From a virus: a stretch of 64,000 bases of DNA. This document shows, in pieces, positions 48,533-58,521 of the stretch. A program made the position numbers and the translations under genes. The DNA is taken from positions 23,352-87,351 of IMG/VR virus record IMGVR_UViG_3300047323_000138; one strand, written 5' to 3'. The notes beneath the pieces were generated by a model. The model worked only from the letters and a program-made list of their open reading frames with translations. It did no database searches and was not told the DNA's origin. Positions within the stretch are counted from its first letter, which is position 1, and every line of letters begins with the position of its first letter.

Positions 48533-50615
48533 CATAGAATGTAATGGATTCATTTTTGAATCAACAGTCATTTGGACAATTTGCTTCACTGATCTAGATA
48601 CGGGTGAGAAACTTAAGCTAAACCCATTCAAAGATAGTGAAGCAAAATCCAAGTTCCTAAAATGGTTGGACAGGTATGACACTCCAATTGTGGGGGGCCA
48701 TAACATTCTGGGCTTTGACCAGTTTGTATTGCTTAATCTGATGGACCTGAACTTTTCTGTTGGTAAGGATTTCATTGAAGGCCGCCCAGTTCAGTTTGTC
48801 GATACATATTATCTCAGCATGTTCCTCAACCCTGATCGTGTTGGACACAGTGTTGAGGCTTTTGGTGAAACTCTTGGACTGCCTAAGATTGACTGGCGAG
48901 AGAAAGCTATTGAGCTTGGCCTTATTGAAAAAGATAGTCCAAAAGGCCAGGAGTTTATGCAGTGGCATCCTGAGATGGATGTCTACTGTGAGCGAGATAC
49001 TGACGTAAACGTTTTGCTGTACCAATATCTTGCAAAAGAATGGAAAGATGTTTATGGGAAAGATTTCACAATCACTGATGCATTTAAGTGCGGGCAAAAG
49101 TCTTTCTACCTGATGTCCTGCCAAGAGCTTACAGGCTTTAAGTTTGATGTTGAAGGTGGCTTGAAGCTTAAAGAACGTATTGGTTTGATGATGGAAGAGA
49201 TTCGTGCAGAGGTTGAACCTAAACTTCCCCCAAGGGCTTTGAAGAAGTCTGAGGAAAAGTATTACAGTATGCCAGCTAAACCTTGGAAGAAATCGGGGGA
49301 TTATTCTTCTGCGTGGGAAAAGTTTGTTGAGAGGCATAGTGGTGTTCTAGATACAAACACAGGGTTGTGGGAATTCTATGGTGAAAAGTATCCGGTAGTT
49401 GCAGGAGCTATGCTGAACATTAAGCTCCCGATGGAGATGGCTAACCAAGATCAGATGAAAGATTGGTTTCTTGAACAGGGCTGGAAACCTACGCTCTGGA
49501 ATTTCCAGCGTGGTCCGGACGGTAAGCCAATGCGCGATCCTAAGACACGGCAATTGATTCAGACAAGTCCTAAGATTCAAGAGCAGGGTAAGATTTGCCC
49601 TAACCTTATGAAACTTGAGGGCGATATTGTTAAGTTGGTGGTAAAGTGGCTGAGTCTTCGTAATCGTCAATCTGTACTGGAAGGTTGGCTTACTAATGAT
49701 CGTTTGCAGATGGATGGCCGTATTGGTGCAGGACGTACAGGGATAGCCTCAACCCACAGACAAAAGCATAAAACCTGCGTCAATGTACCGAAAGCATCGG
49801 AGAAAGTATTACTCGGCAAGGAGTTCCGTTCTTTGTGGATTTCAGGCGATGGGATGCTTATTGCTGCCGGGGATGCCGCTGCGTTAGAGGGAAGGGTTCA
49901 AGGACATTACTGTTTTAAATACGATGATGGTGCAACTGCTGAAGAATTGCTGAAAGGTGATGTACACTCTAAGAATGCTTTTGCTTTCTTCGGTCACGAA
50001 ACTGATCTGCAACAATTTGATTTGCACAGTCCTGACTTCAACAAGGAACATCCTAAGTTCAAGCCATATCGGGATAAGAGTAAAAACGGGTATTATGCCT
50101 GTATGTATGGGTGTGCTGGGCCTAAATTAGCGTCCACTCTTGGACTCCCTGTTAAGATGGGGAATGACAAGTTGGAAGCTTTTTGGGAGGCAAATCCCGC
50201 TACAAAAGCCTTGAAAGAGAACTTGGAAAAGTATTGGACAAGTACAGGACGTGAGAAGTATCTTCCTGCAATTGATGGGCGTATGCTTTGCACCCGTAAG
50301 AAGTCTGCACTGCTCAATACAATTTTTCAAAGCTGTGGTGGTATTTCCATGGATTATGCGCTATGCTTCATGGACGCATGGCTTGGTGGTTTGAAGTGGA
50401 AAGATCGTAAACCTTACTATTTGTATAAAGGGCATTTGGTAATGCGTGTTTGCTATCAGCACGATGAGGTGGAATTTGAGTGTGAAGAAGTGATTGCTGG
50501 CGAGATTTCTCAGATGATTGAGAAAGCGATTGAAAAAGCTGGACTATATTTGAAACTTAAAGTACCATTAGCTGGTGAAGGGAAGACTGGAAAATCGTGG
50601 TGTGAAGTTCACTGA
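48495..50615 (+). CDS. DNA polymerase family A (T7 gp5-like) with 3'-5' exonuclease
   Basis: DIE, GHNILGFD, YCERD exonuclease motifs; DAAALEGR, RDKSKNGYYACMYG, HDE; start placed at ATG 48495. Confidence 0.95.
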   Translation: MLNQKAASGFFYDIECNGFIFESTVIWTICFTDLDTGEKLKLNPFKDSEAKSKFLKWLDRYDTPIVGGHNILGFDQFVLLNLMDLNFSVGKDFIEGRPVQFVDTYYLSMFLNPDRVGHSVEAFGETLGLPKIDWREKAIELGLIEKDSPKGQEFMQWHPEMDVYCERDTDVNVLLYQYLAKEWKDVYGKDFTITDAFKCGQKSFYLMSCQELTGFKFDVEGGLKLKERIGLMMEEIRAEVEPKLPPRALKKSEEKYYSMPAKPWKKSGDYSSAWEKFVERHSGVLDTNTGLWEFYGEKYPVVAGAMLNIKLPMEMANQDQMKDWFLEQGWKPTLWNFQRGPDGKPMRDPKTRQLIQTSPKIQEQGKICPNLMKLEGDIVKLVVKWLSLRNRQSVLEGWLTNDRLQMDGRIGAGRTGIASTHRQKHKTCVNVPKASEKVLLGKEFRSLWISGDGMLIAAGDAAALEGRVQGHYCFKYDDGATAEELLKGDVHSKNAFAFFGHETDLQQFDLHSPDFNKEHPKFKPYRDKSKNGYYACMYGCAGPKLASTLGLPVKMGNDKLEAFWEANPATKALKENLEKYWTSTGREKYLPAIDGRMLCTRKKSALLNTIFQSCGGISMDYALCFMDAWLGGLKWKDRKPYYLYKGHLVMRVCYQHDEVEFECEEVIAGEISQMIEKAIEKAGLYLKLKVPLAGEGKTGKSWCEVH

Positions 50616-50700
50616 TTATTTTTGATTAAAAAATAGTGCTTTACAGAGTTTCAAAATCGTGTCAAACTAGATGTACAAATTAAATCTGAGGAGAAATAAA

Positions 50701-51113
50701 ATGAAAACTATCTACACCTACCTGATTGCAGATGACAGCAATGTATACGCTGAAGCATCTACGCGAGAGTCCGCACGACAGTACTTGAAAGAAGTGAAAG
50801 CTACGGGTAATAAATCTGTGAAAATCTTTCGGGAAGAGTATGTCCGTCTTTCCTCTACACAGGTGCGATAAGAAGCATGGGTAAAATCACAGTAAAAACA
50901 AAAGAAAGTGCTGGACAAGTGTGTTACGAAACTGAGACAATCTACGAAAGCTCTGAAGATTACTTCTATATTGAGGAAGAGAAACGAGCAGCTTTGAGTA
51001 AAAATATTCAAAGTTTCGTTGGTGGTTTGTATCCAGATGGGTATAATGAAGAACCAGAGCCGATGGTTGCTGATGTAGTGGTAACTAGGAAAGCTAAAGA
51101 AACGAAACACTAA
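50701..51113 (+). other. Two small hypothetical CDSs
   Basis: 50701-50871 (SD GAGGAG) and 50877-51113. Confidence 0.6.
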
Positions 51114-51212
51114 AAGAATTTGTGAGAAATCACAGATAGCCATAAAGGCAAAAGCGACAACAAATGTTTGGGGAACGATCCCCGTCAATAGAAATAAATG
51201 AGGATTCACAAG

Positions 51213-51821
51213 ATGGCTTTGATTGAAAACGTTGTATATCTGTACGCTAAAGTTCAGAACCCAGTTCCAGCATTCAACAAGATTGATAGTGAGTGGTCTG
51301 TAGATGTTGTGGCTTCTAAGGCTGATGCCAAGAAGATCAAGAAAGAGTTTCCTAAGACTTCGTTGAAGGAATTTGATAACGCTGACTTCACTGAGAAGTT
51401 TGGTATTGAACCACCATTCCCAAAACAAGATGAACAGTTTATCCTGAAATTTAAGAAGTCTCACATCAAGAACGGTAAAGAAACTCCTGAGAAATATCGT
51501 CCACGAGTTATCCAACAACTGGAAGATGGTTCTCGTGAAGACATCACCTTTGATAAATTGGTTGGTAATGGTAGTAAGGGTACTCTGAGCTATCGCATTA
51601 AAGAGACTGACTCTTATGGTAACTTTGCAGAACTTCAAGCAATTCTGGTAACTGATTTGGTTGAATATCAGTCTAAAGCTGGCGGTGTTACTGATGACTT
51701 CGGGCCTGTAAAGCTAAAGGATGCTCCCGTACAAGAACGAGTAGCACCGAAACAAGGTCCAGTACCAGTTGTGCAGGAAGAGGTTGAAGAAGAGGATATG
51801 TCCTCGGAATTACCGTTCTGA
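51213..51821 (+). CDS. Putative ssDNA-binding protein (gp2.5-like)
   Basis: YAKV..P, VGNGSKG, QAILVTDLVEY; acidic tail ending ELPF. Confidence 0.7.
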   Translation: MALIENVVYLYAKVQNPVPAFNKIDSEWSVDVVASKADAKKIKKEFPKTSLKEFDNADFTEKFGIEPPFPKQDEQFILKFKKSHIKNGKETPEKYRPRVIQQLEDGSREDITFDKLVGNGSKGTLSYRIKETDSYGNFAELQAILVTDLVEYQSKAGGVTDDFGPVKLKDAPVQERVAPKQGPVPVVQEEVEEEDMSSELPF

Positions 51822-51842
51822 TCTAACTTATAAAGGCCAAGG

Positions 51843-52511
51843 ATGGCCATTTCTCAAGAGAGTGTAGTTATGCGTGATATTATAAAGATTCTTAATGTTC
51901 CTGATTTCCAAGATGATAATGGTTTGTGGTGTAGAGAAAAGACTACAACAGAGGGTGATGTATATGTCCGGAGAGTTACACGCTCAGGATTACTTTGGGG
52001 TAATGTGACTTCAAGATGTAAACAACCTTACTGGAACCAATATCCAACTTACTCAGGAACACAGAACAACTTTGATGACTATCAAGATTTTACTGAGTGG
52101 TGTCAAAGTCAGTTTGGATACATGAATAAGGATAGGAGTGGGAGATATTGGGCGTTAGATAAGGATCTAATTGACCCGAATGCAAAGTCCTACTCAAAAG
52201 AGAGTTGTATTTTCGCCCCTAATTGGATTAATACGATTTTGATTTCTTGTAATTCTGTCAGGGGTGAATACCCGATAGGTGTAAACCTTCACAAAACAAC
52301 CGGTAAATTCATTGGTAAGTGTGAACAGTATCTGGGTTTATTTGATACTCCGATGGAAGCACACAGAACTTGGCAAGAAAAGAAGTTAGATATTTTGCAA
52401 GATGCTGTTAGGCATTCAGATATTGAGAATCATGACGCTCTCGTAAAGGCAATTTATAATCAAGCTGTAAAACTACGTTATCAGTTCGATAACAATTTAG
52501 AAACTATCTAG
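51843..52511 (+). CDS. HNH-type homing endonuclease
   Basis: WALDKDLI...YSKESCIFAP; YLGLFDTPMEAHRTW; paralog of 16647 and 58509. Confidence 0.75.
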   Translation: MAISQESVVMRDIIKILNVPDFQDDNGLWCREKTTTEGDVYVRRVTRSGLLWGNVTSRCKQPYWNQYPTYSGTQNNFDDYQDFTEWCQSQFGYMNKDRSGRYWALDKDLIDPNAKSYSKESCIFAPNWINTILISCNSVRGEYPIGVNLHKTTGKFIGKCEQYLGLFDTPMEAHRTWQEKKLDILQDAVRHSDIENHDALVKAIYNQAVKLRYQFDNNLETI

Positions 52512-52520
52512 GAGAACACC

Positions 52521-52754
52521 ATGATTAAATATTACGCAGACCTCACACTTGAAGAAATTCAAGCAGTACAAAAGCTTCTGGGGTTCGTTTTGTTCCACAC
52601 AAGTGAAGAGCTGTACTCAGTATCTGGTAAGCTTGAGAGGCTGAGTAATCCAGATAAAGTTGACTATGATTCGGTTGTGTTTTATAAGAATGATAAAGGC
52701 GGAAGTCCAAGTAAAGAATACCAACACAATCGCATTTCGATTGCAATTAAATAA
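52521..52754 (+). CDS. Hypothetical protein
   Basis: SD AGGAG. Confidence 0.65.
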   Translation: MIKYYADLTLEEIQAVQKLLGFVLFHTSEELYSVSGKLERLSNPDKVDYDSVVFYKNDKGGSPSKEYQHNRISIAIK

Positions 52755-52767
52755 TTAGGAGATTCAC

Positions 52768-53019
52768 ATGAAAGAGAAACAAGCGCTGTTTGATCGTACC
52801 TATCAACTAGAACAAGAAATCCTGACTCTTCAAGAAGATCTGAAGGAGCTAAAAGGTGAATTTGTATATCATAAAGAATACAATACCGATGGCTTCGACA
52901 AAGATGAAGTAAGTGATTTGATGAAAGCGACTAAAGCCAAAGCTAAGTCCGACGACTTGAAAGGTAAGGCTGATGAGTTGAATAAACTTCAAGAGTTGCA
53001 AGACTTGTATTCTAAGTAA
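52768..53019 (+). CDS. Putative GapR/T4 DsbA-like dsDNA-binding protein
   Basis: LFDRTYQLEQE...DLKEL...GFDK pattern. Confidence 0.5.
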   Translation: MKEKQALFDRTYQLEQEILTLQEDLKELKGEFVYHKEYNTDGFDKDEVSDLMKATKAKAKSDDLKGKADELNKLQELQDLYSK

Positions 53020-53027
53020 ATTTGATT

Positions 53028-53048
53028 GCCCCGGAAGGGGCTTCATTT
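53028..53048 (+). terminator. Possible intrinsic terminator
   Basis: GCCCC-GGAA-GGGGC plus TTCATTT. Confidence 0.55.
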
Positions 53049-53060
53049 CAGGAGAAAGTT

Positions 53061-53369
53061 ATGGGTATTGAATATCGTGGTGTTGTTTGTGTTGGCTACA
53101 ATCATGACCAAATGGAAAACCTTATGGAAGAGGTTGAATATGAAGAGGGAGTTTATGAATTCTATGAGAGTCACAACCTAGAGTCTTTCAGCCCTTATTA
53201 TGATGCAGACTCTGAAGATTGTATTTATGGCGTAGTTGTTGCAAAGTCTGGCGACTATCAACATAGAGAAGTTTCTGATCTAGATAGTAAAATTGCAGAA
53301 GCTCAAGCCAAACTTCTGAAACAGTTTGGGATTCAACCTAAAGCTTATCTTATGGCTCATGGGTGGTAG
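53061..53369 (+). CDS. Hypothetical protein
   Basis: SD AGGAG. Confidence 0.65.
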   Translation: MGIEYRGVVCVGYNHDQMENLMEEVEYEEGVYEFYESHNLESFSPYYDADSEDCIYGVVVAKSGDYQHREVSDLDSKIAEAQAKLLKQFGIQPKAYLMAHGW

Positions 53370-53370
53370 G

Positions 53371-54291
53371 ATGAGTAAGCTTCTACTGATCGATGCAGAT
53401 ACGATTCTGTATGCTGCTGCACAACAACAGCAAAGTAATCAATGTCTAGCTACAAACATTGCACAACAACGAACTAAACTCTTCGAGTCCAAGACTGCAT
53501 TCAATGAGTGGGCTAAAGAGAACAACCGAGATAAATCAAACTACTCGTTTGAAACAGTGAGTGAGATTACTGGGGAACCTCGATTTGCTTTCCAGACAAT
53601 CAAACAAAAGATTGACACGATTGTTGAAGCTTCAGGTTGTAAAGATTACCGTGTGTGCATTCAGGGTGATGGGAACTTCAGGAAGTTCTATGAGTCAAAG
53701 TTTGTAGATTATAAAGGGCAACGTACTGCAAAGCCTTTACTGTTTCACGAATGCTTTGATTACATGGAAAAGAAATATAAAGCAAAATGTATTGTCAGCA
53801 AAGGCCAAGAAACGGATGACTATGTAAACATCGTTGCTTGGAATGCTCTGCGAGAAAGCACAAGCGAGAATCTTGTGGTCGCATACTGCGATAAAGACAT
53901 CACAGCGAATGGACAAGGACAATATCTCAACTACAATAAGCTTGATAAAGGTGTGTTCTGGCAAGACGAAGTTACACAGTACACAGAATATTGGACTCAA
54001 GTAATTTGTGGAGATTCAGCAGACAACCTGATGGGATTGGAAGCAGTTCATAAGGACACTAAAGCGAAGTATGGAATCAAGACAAATGGTGCTGGACCAG
54101 TAGCTGCAAGTAAGCTTCTAAACGGTATTACATCGGAGAAAGAGGCTGCTGAAAGGGTGATGGAAGCCTACTCCTTGTCATGGCCCGAAGATTGGTTTGA
54201 AAGGCTTTCAGACAACGCTTTCTTCCTATACTTACGCCGTAAAGAAGATGAAATGTTTAACTTTAAAGACTATATGGAGAGTTTGAAATGA
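53371..54291 (+). CDS. 5'-3' exonuclease (T7 gp6/RNase H-like)
   Basis: LIDAD, NFRK, YKGQR, ETDD, DKD, GDSADN. Confidence 0.92.
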   Translation: MSKLLLIDADTILYAAAQQQQSNQCLATNIAQQRTKLFESKTAFNEWAKENNRDKSNYSFETVSEITGEPRFAFQTIKQKIDTIVEASGCKDYRVCIQGDGNFRKFYESKFVDYKGQRTAKPLLFHECFDYMEKKYKAKCIVSKGQETDDYVNIVAWNALRESTSENLVVAYCDKDITANGQGQYLNYNKLDKGVFWQDEVTQYTEYWTQVICGDSADNLMGLEAVHKDTKAKYGIKTNGAGPVAASKLLNGITSEKEAAERVMEAYSLSWPEDWFERLSDNAFFLYLRRKEDEMFNFKDYMESLK

Positions 54292-54629
54292 ATAAAATTA
54301 CCGAAGATTACCTGCTGGAATACGTATCAGACGTAGGTGAGTTTGAAAAAGAACATCGCAAATATTCTAGCTTCTGGTGTACAGTTACACACCGAATCAC
54401 TCAGGAAGATGTTGACGCACTTGCAGAAGATGACGTTGATGCAAGTGACTTCCTGAATGTATTGATTACACGTAATGGTATGTGGAGTGATAGTAACGGT
54501 ACTGATTGGGATAGCACTACTTACGAGAAGCTGCAAGAGTATCAAGAGCTTGTTCCAGAAGTTGTGATTCCTGAGCACTACGTGACGAAGTATAAGACTT
54601 CAGCTTTTAAGCCTGTGTTCGGGGAGTAA
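54288..54629 (+). CDS. Hypothetical acidic protein
   Basis: ATGA overlap; SD GGAG. Confidence 0.65.
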   Translation: MNKITEDYLLEYVSDVGEFEKEHRKYSSFWCTVTHRITQEDVDALAEDDVDASDFLNVLITRNGMWSDSNGTDWDSTTYEKLQEYQELVPEVVIPEHYVTKYKTSAFKPVFGE

Positions 54630-54632
54630 ATT

Positions 54633-54944
54633 ATGACCGATATTTATAAGCTGTTTGAAAAAGAAACTTGGACACCTGATGATTGCACACCATATATTTG
54701 GTACAGAGCGTGTGTTGATGAGTTGTCCTTTAACAAAGATGATGATGTCAATAATCTAATGAATGGTGATGGTCTTACTTACTCTTATAATGTAAGCAGC
54801 GAAGTCGAACGTGATGGCTTTGTAATCTACACCCTACAGAATGATTATGGTGGCGAATCGTTTCAAGCTATCTTTGATATTTCTAAGAAAGTTGATGAGG
54901 ACAAGTACTGGGAAGAAGTTGATAGTGAAGATGAAGAAGAATGA
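54633..54944 (+). CDS. Acidic hypothetical protein, paralog family copy 3
   Basis: NLMNGDGLTYS...ERDGFVIYTL...QAIF. Confidence 0.75.
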   Translation: MTDIYKLFEKETWTPDDCTPYIWYRACVDELSFNKDDDVNNLMNGDGLTYSYNVSSEVERDGFVIYTLQNDYGGESFQAIFDISKKVDEDKYWEEVDSEDEEE

Positions 54945-55471
54945 AAGAACCTTGGCTAAACTACCCTCACATCTGGCCGACTAAAAGTTCTTTTCTTAGT
55001 TTTCTGCGTGGTGGTATCAGACGTGCTTTATGGAACCGCTCACCGATTAAATTAGAATTCATTAAGAAGTACAGACGTAGGATTAAGAATCCAAACCCCA
55101 GAGGTAAGGTGAAAGAAGTTTGGGGTGGTACTTGCAATCTGTGCGGAGATGAATTTCCAAGCAATCAGTTGAATGTTGACCATCGGGAAGGACAGAACAG
55201 TCTCAAGGAGCTTTCTGATTTACAATCTTTTATGGAAAGTATTGTACTTGTGCAGGAAAGTGATCTACAATTCGTTTGTCTGCCTTGCCATAAGATTAAG
55301 AATTTACAGGAAAGAACAGGAGTAGATTTCGAGACAGCAAGAATTGAGAAAGCTGTAATTGAAATATGTAAAAATAAGCAAGATAAACAGTGGTTACTTG
55401 ACAGAGGCATCGCACCACTTGGTAATGCTAAGTTGAGACGCCAACAAATAACTGAGGAGATGATGAAATGA
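54941..55471 (+). CDS. HNH endonuclease (core replication/recombination type)
   Basis: CNLC...VDH...LQFVCLPCH. Confidence 0.8.
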   Translation: MKEPWLNYPHIWPTKSSFLSFLRGGIRRALWNRSPIKLEFIKKYRRRIKNPNPRGKVKEVWGGTCNLCGDEFPSNQLNVDHREGQNSLKELSDLQSFMESIVLVQESDLQFVCLPCHKIKNLQERTGVDFETARIEKAVIEICKNKQDKQWLLDRGIAPLGNAKLRRQQITEEMMK

Positions 55472-56208
55472 CTAAGTTCACCAAAGAGAAGCTCTATACG
55501 GAGTTGTCCATTAAGATTGCAACGCTTGACATGAAACTTGATGCTATTTTGAAGTTGCTGAATAAGCCTGAAGTAGAATATGAGATTGACCAACAAATTC
55601 GTATCATGGGTGCTCGACCCGGACATGGTGCAAGTTGGAGTGGTGTTATTGATACAGAAACTTTTGACAGGGAGTTTAAATAAATGATTAAAGATTATTG
55701 GACAGCAATCTTCTGGTGTGAATTTATCCAGTTTAGTACGATGTTTCACATCTGGACACAACAACTTGGTGTTTAGCTTGAGAGGTGGGTATGTCAGTTA
55801 TAGAGATGTTTCCGAAGAAAGAAGTTAAGGGTGAAGTAACAGTAGAAGTTGATCCTCTGACGTATTGGAAGCTGCGTAACGACCTGATTTCTGATGAATT
55901 TGTGCGATACAATGCACATGAGAAACAGGGGATTCTTGACACTGTTTTGCAAATGAATCTGGAACTGTACACTTTGGTAGTTAAATTGAAGGAGAGACTT
56001 GGTGAGTAAAGAACTACTAGAATACGCAATCGAAAGTTATTTAAATACAATCATTGATTTAAGTGAACATAGGCTACCTCTTGATTCTCCAACTTTGCAC
56101 TATCTTAGCCAAAGGATTTATAGCGCATTCAGCTATGAGCTTAAGGGGCAACAAGTTAGTTTGCAACCAGATGAAAATCGGAATATTATTTTGACATTAA
56201 TTAACTAG
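55468..56208 (+). other. Small hypothetical CDSs
   Basis: 55468-55683, 55791-56009, 55999-56208. Confidence 0.6.
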
Positions 56209-56382
56209 GAGAAATTTAATGAAAGATTCACGACAACATGAAATTCTGTTTCTACTGTGGGTGTTGTTTGGTACAGTTCCACCAACAAGTCCTTTCATTA
56301 TGATTGCAAGCGGTATTGTTGCGTTTGGTCACTTGGCTGCTGGTTTGTACTATGTTTATAAAGAAGGTAAGGAGAAAACAGT

Positions 56383-57324
56383 TTGATTAGTAAAGAATGG
56401 CACAAAGAAGCTTTGAGTCTGCGTGATAAAGGTTTTAGTGGTCGAGCTATTGCCAACATTATTGGAAAGAGTAAATCACAAGTTAACGAGTTTCTTAAGA
56501 ATAGTATTTACACATGGGTGGACGATGTTGTTGAACTTAGCAACTCCATTATTCCAGACGGTCCAAAGGTTCTTGTATATGATATTGAAACGGCTCCAAT
56601 GCTTAGTTATTGCTGGGGTTTGTGGGATCAAAACATTGGCCTGAATCAAATTCATACAGATTGGCACCTATTGAGCTGGGCAGCTAAATGGTTGCACAAT
56701 GACGATATCTTTTATGAAGACCAGCGTAATGCTGAAAACATTGAAGATGACTTTGTAATTCTACAGGGTATTTGGAAGCTGTTGGATGAGGCTGATTTTG
56801 TTATTACTCAGAACGGTAAGAAGTTCGACCAGAAAAAGCTGAACAGCCGCTTTGTATTTCATGGTATGAAGCCACCCAGTAGCTATCGGCATATTGACGT
56901 ACTACTGATTGCAAGGGCTCAGTTTGGCTTCAGCTCAAATAAACTTGCTTTTATGACAGACAAGCTTTGTACCAAATATAAGAAGTCTACTCATGCTAAG
57001 TTTCACGGTTTTGAGTTGTGGCGGGAGTGTCTAGCTAAGAATGAAGAAGCTTTTGATGAGATGATGGATTACAACTGTCTTGACATTCTCAGTCTTCAGG
57101 AGTTGTTTGAAATTCTCGCTCCGTGGGACACTAAACTCCCTGTGTTTGAAGTGTATAAGGAAGAAGTTGTAGAAAACGATGAGTGGGTTAAGTCTGGGTA
57201 TGTGTACTCCAATGCGGGTAAATATGACCGATATCGGAATACTAAAACTGGACAACAACGACGAGGTAAGGTAAACTTGTTGTCGAAAGATAAACGCAAC
57301 AGTTTATTGTCTAATATTGTGTAG
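56383..57324 (+). CDS. DnaQ/RNase H-like 3'-5' exonuclease with N-terminal HTH
   Basis: YDIET, QNGKKFD, YNCLD; N-terminal GFSGRAIANIIGKSKSQV. Confidence 0.85.
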   Translation: MISKEWHKEALSLRDKGFSGRAIANIIGKSKSQVNEFLKNSIYTWVDDVVELSNSIIPDGPKVLVYDIETAPMLSYCWGLWDQNIGLNQIHTDWHLLSWAAKWLHNDDIFYEDQRNAENIEDDFVILQGIWKLLDEADFVITQNGKKFDQKKLNSRFVFHGMKPPSSYRHIDVLLIARAQFGFSSNKLAFMTDKLCTKYKKSTHAKFHGFELWRECLAKNEEAFDEMMDYNCLDILSLQELFEILAPWDTKLPVFEVYKEEVVENDEWVKSGYVYSNAGKYDRYRNTKTGQQRRGKVNLLSKDKRNSLLSNIV

Positions 57325-57333
57325 AGGGTTTAA

Positions 57334-57489
57334 GTGGAAGACTACAAACTAAAGAACACTGTCAATCGCTTGGAGAATTCGGTTGACAGCCTGACTAAAG
57401 AAGTCTATACTTTGAAACAACAGTAGAAAGACTTGATCGAACAAATTCGCAGACTAAAGGAGATGAATAATGACGGTAGCGGAAAATAA
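57334..57489 (+). pseudogene. Small coiled-coil ORF interrupted by in-frame TAG
   Basis: MEDYKLKNTVNRLENSVDSLTKEVYTLKQQ*KDLIEQIRRLKEMNNDGSGK. Confidence 0.45.
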
Positions 57490-58009
57490 AAGATTTGCAG
57501 AGGGTGATCGTGTAATCTCCGTAAGAGATACATCAGATGTTCCAGAAGGTTTTATTGGCACTTTGCAGCACAATTGGGGTGTGTTTGATTATGAAGTGAC
57601 TGATGACAAAGGTAAGATGGAATTGTTTAATGATGATGAACTTGAGTTGTTGAGTGTTAGTCAAAGTTCTATTGCTCGACCGGTTCTAGAAGAACGTAAA
57701 GTTGGTAAAGTTCAAATGGATTTGTTTGACCAAGGCTTTCCTAACGCCGTCTTTGAAGTTGCAAAGGTAATGACTTGGGCTGCTGAGAATAAAGGTTATA
57801 AACCTCATGATTGGGTGAACCTTCCAGACGCCGAAAGTTCCTTTCCAGCAGCAGCTAGTCGTCACCGAGTAAAAGGTTTGATTCAAAAGGTCAGTGGAGT
57901 TTCTGTAAATGAGCGTGTAGACGAAGAGTCTGCAATTCTTCATAAAGCCCACGAAGCTTTCAACGTACTTGCTGAGCTTGAGTTGATGGTACGAGGGAAG
58001 ATTAAATGA
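57470..58009 (+). CDS. dATP/dGTP diphosphohydrolase-like (DUF5664) protein
   Basis: EVAKVMTWAA..Y...W...AASRH...DEES..LH.AH. Confidence 0.7.
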   Translation: MTVAENKRFAEGDRVISVRDTSDVPEGFIGTLQHNWGVFDYEVTDDKGKMELFNDDELELLSVSQSSIARPVLEERKVGKVQMDLFDQGFPNAVFEVAKVMTWAAENKGYKPHDWVNLPDAESSFPAAASRHRVKGLIQKVSGVSVNERVDEESAILHKAHEAFNVLAELELMVRGKIK

Positions 58010-58443
58010 GACTACTCGGCATTGACGTAGACGGCGTAGTTGTAGACACACTAACCCTCTACAAACAAGCTTCACCTCACTTGGAAGATCCTCTAGACTT
58101 CTGGCGAGATGAAAACCTTTATGATAACCTTGTTCCAATGGAAGGTGCTGTAGAGAAACTTGAGCAGCTTAGTAAATACTTTGGTATAGTGTTTGTGAGC
58201 CGGTTGAAAGGTAATCATCACCGTTCGAAGGTTTACTTTCTGAAGAAGCACTTTCCGTTTATGACTGGCTTTATTGGTAGCCATGAGAAGTGGATCCTTA
58301 ATGATTCGTTAGTAGCTATGATTGACGACCTACCCGAGAATCTGGTAAAGTTCGATCCTGACAAGCGAGTACTGTTTGGTAGTAAAGACTTTAAAGATTG
58401 GAAGTCGTTTGATGTTAAATATTTCTGTGAAAAATATTTGTAA
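58006..58443 (+). CDS. HAD-family 5'(3')-deoxyribonucleotidase
   Basis: IDVDGVV, PMEGAVE, MIDD. Confidence 0.85.
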   Translation: MRLLGIDVDGVVVDTLTLYKQASPHLEDPLDFWRDENLYDNLVPMEGAVEKLEQLSKYFGIVFVSRLKGNHHRSKVYFLKKHFPFMTGFIGSHEKWILNDSLVAMIDDLPENLVKFDPDKRVLFGSKDFKDWKSFDVKYFCEKYL

Positions 58444-58458
58444 TTAAGGAGAGTTTTG

Positions 58459-58521
58459 GTGTCAAAGAAAGAATGTATTAAGTTTGGTTATGCAATCGGT
58501 AATCAACAATGGCAAGATTAA
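58459..58521 (+). pseudogene. 20-aa remnant duplicating the N-terminus of the MazG-like gene
   Basis: MSKKECIKFGYAIGNQQWQD* vs MSKKECIKFGYAIGNMP at 59195; SD AAGGAG. Confidence 0.88.

Noticed and set aside
17292-57426. Genome-wide stop-codon reassignment
   Set aside because: The two internal stops are different codons, and both TAG and TGA end many well-formed genes
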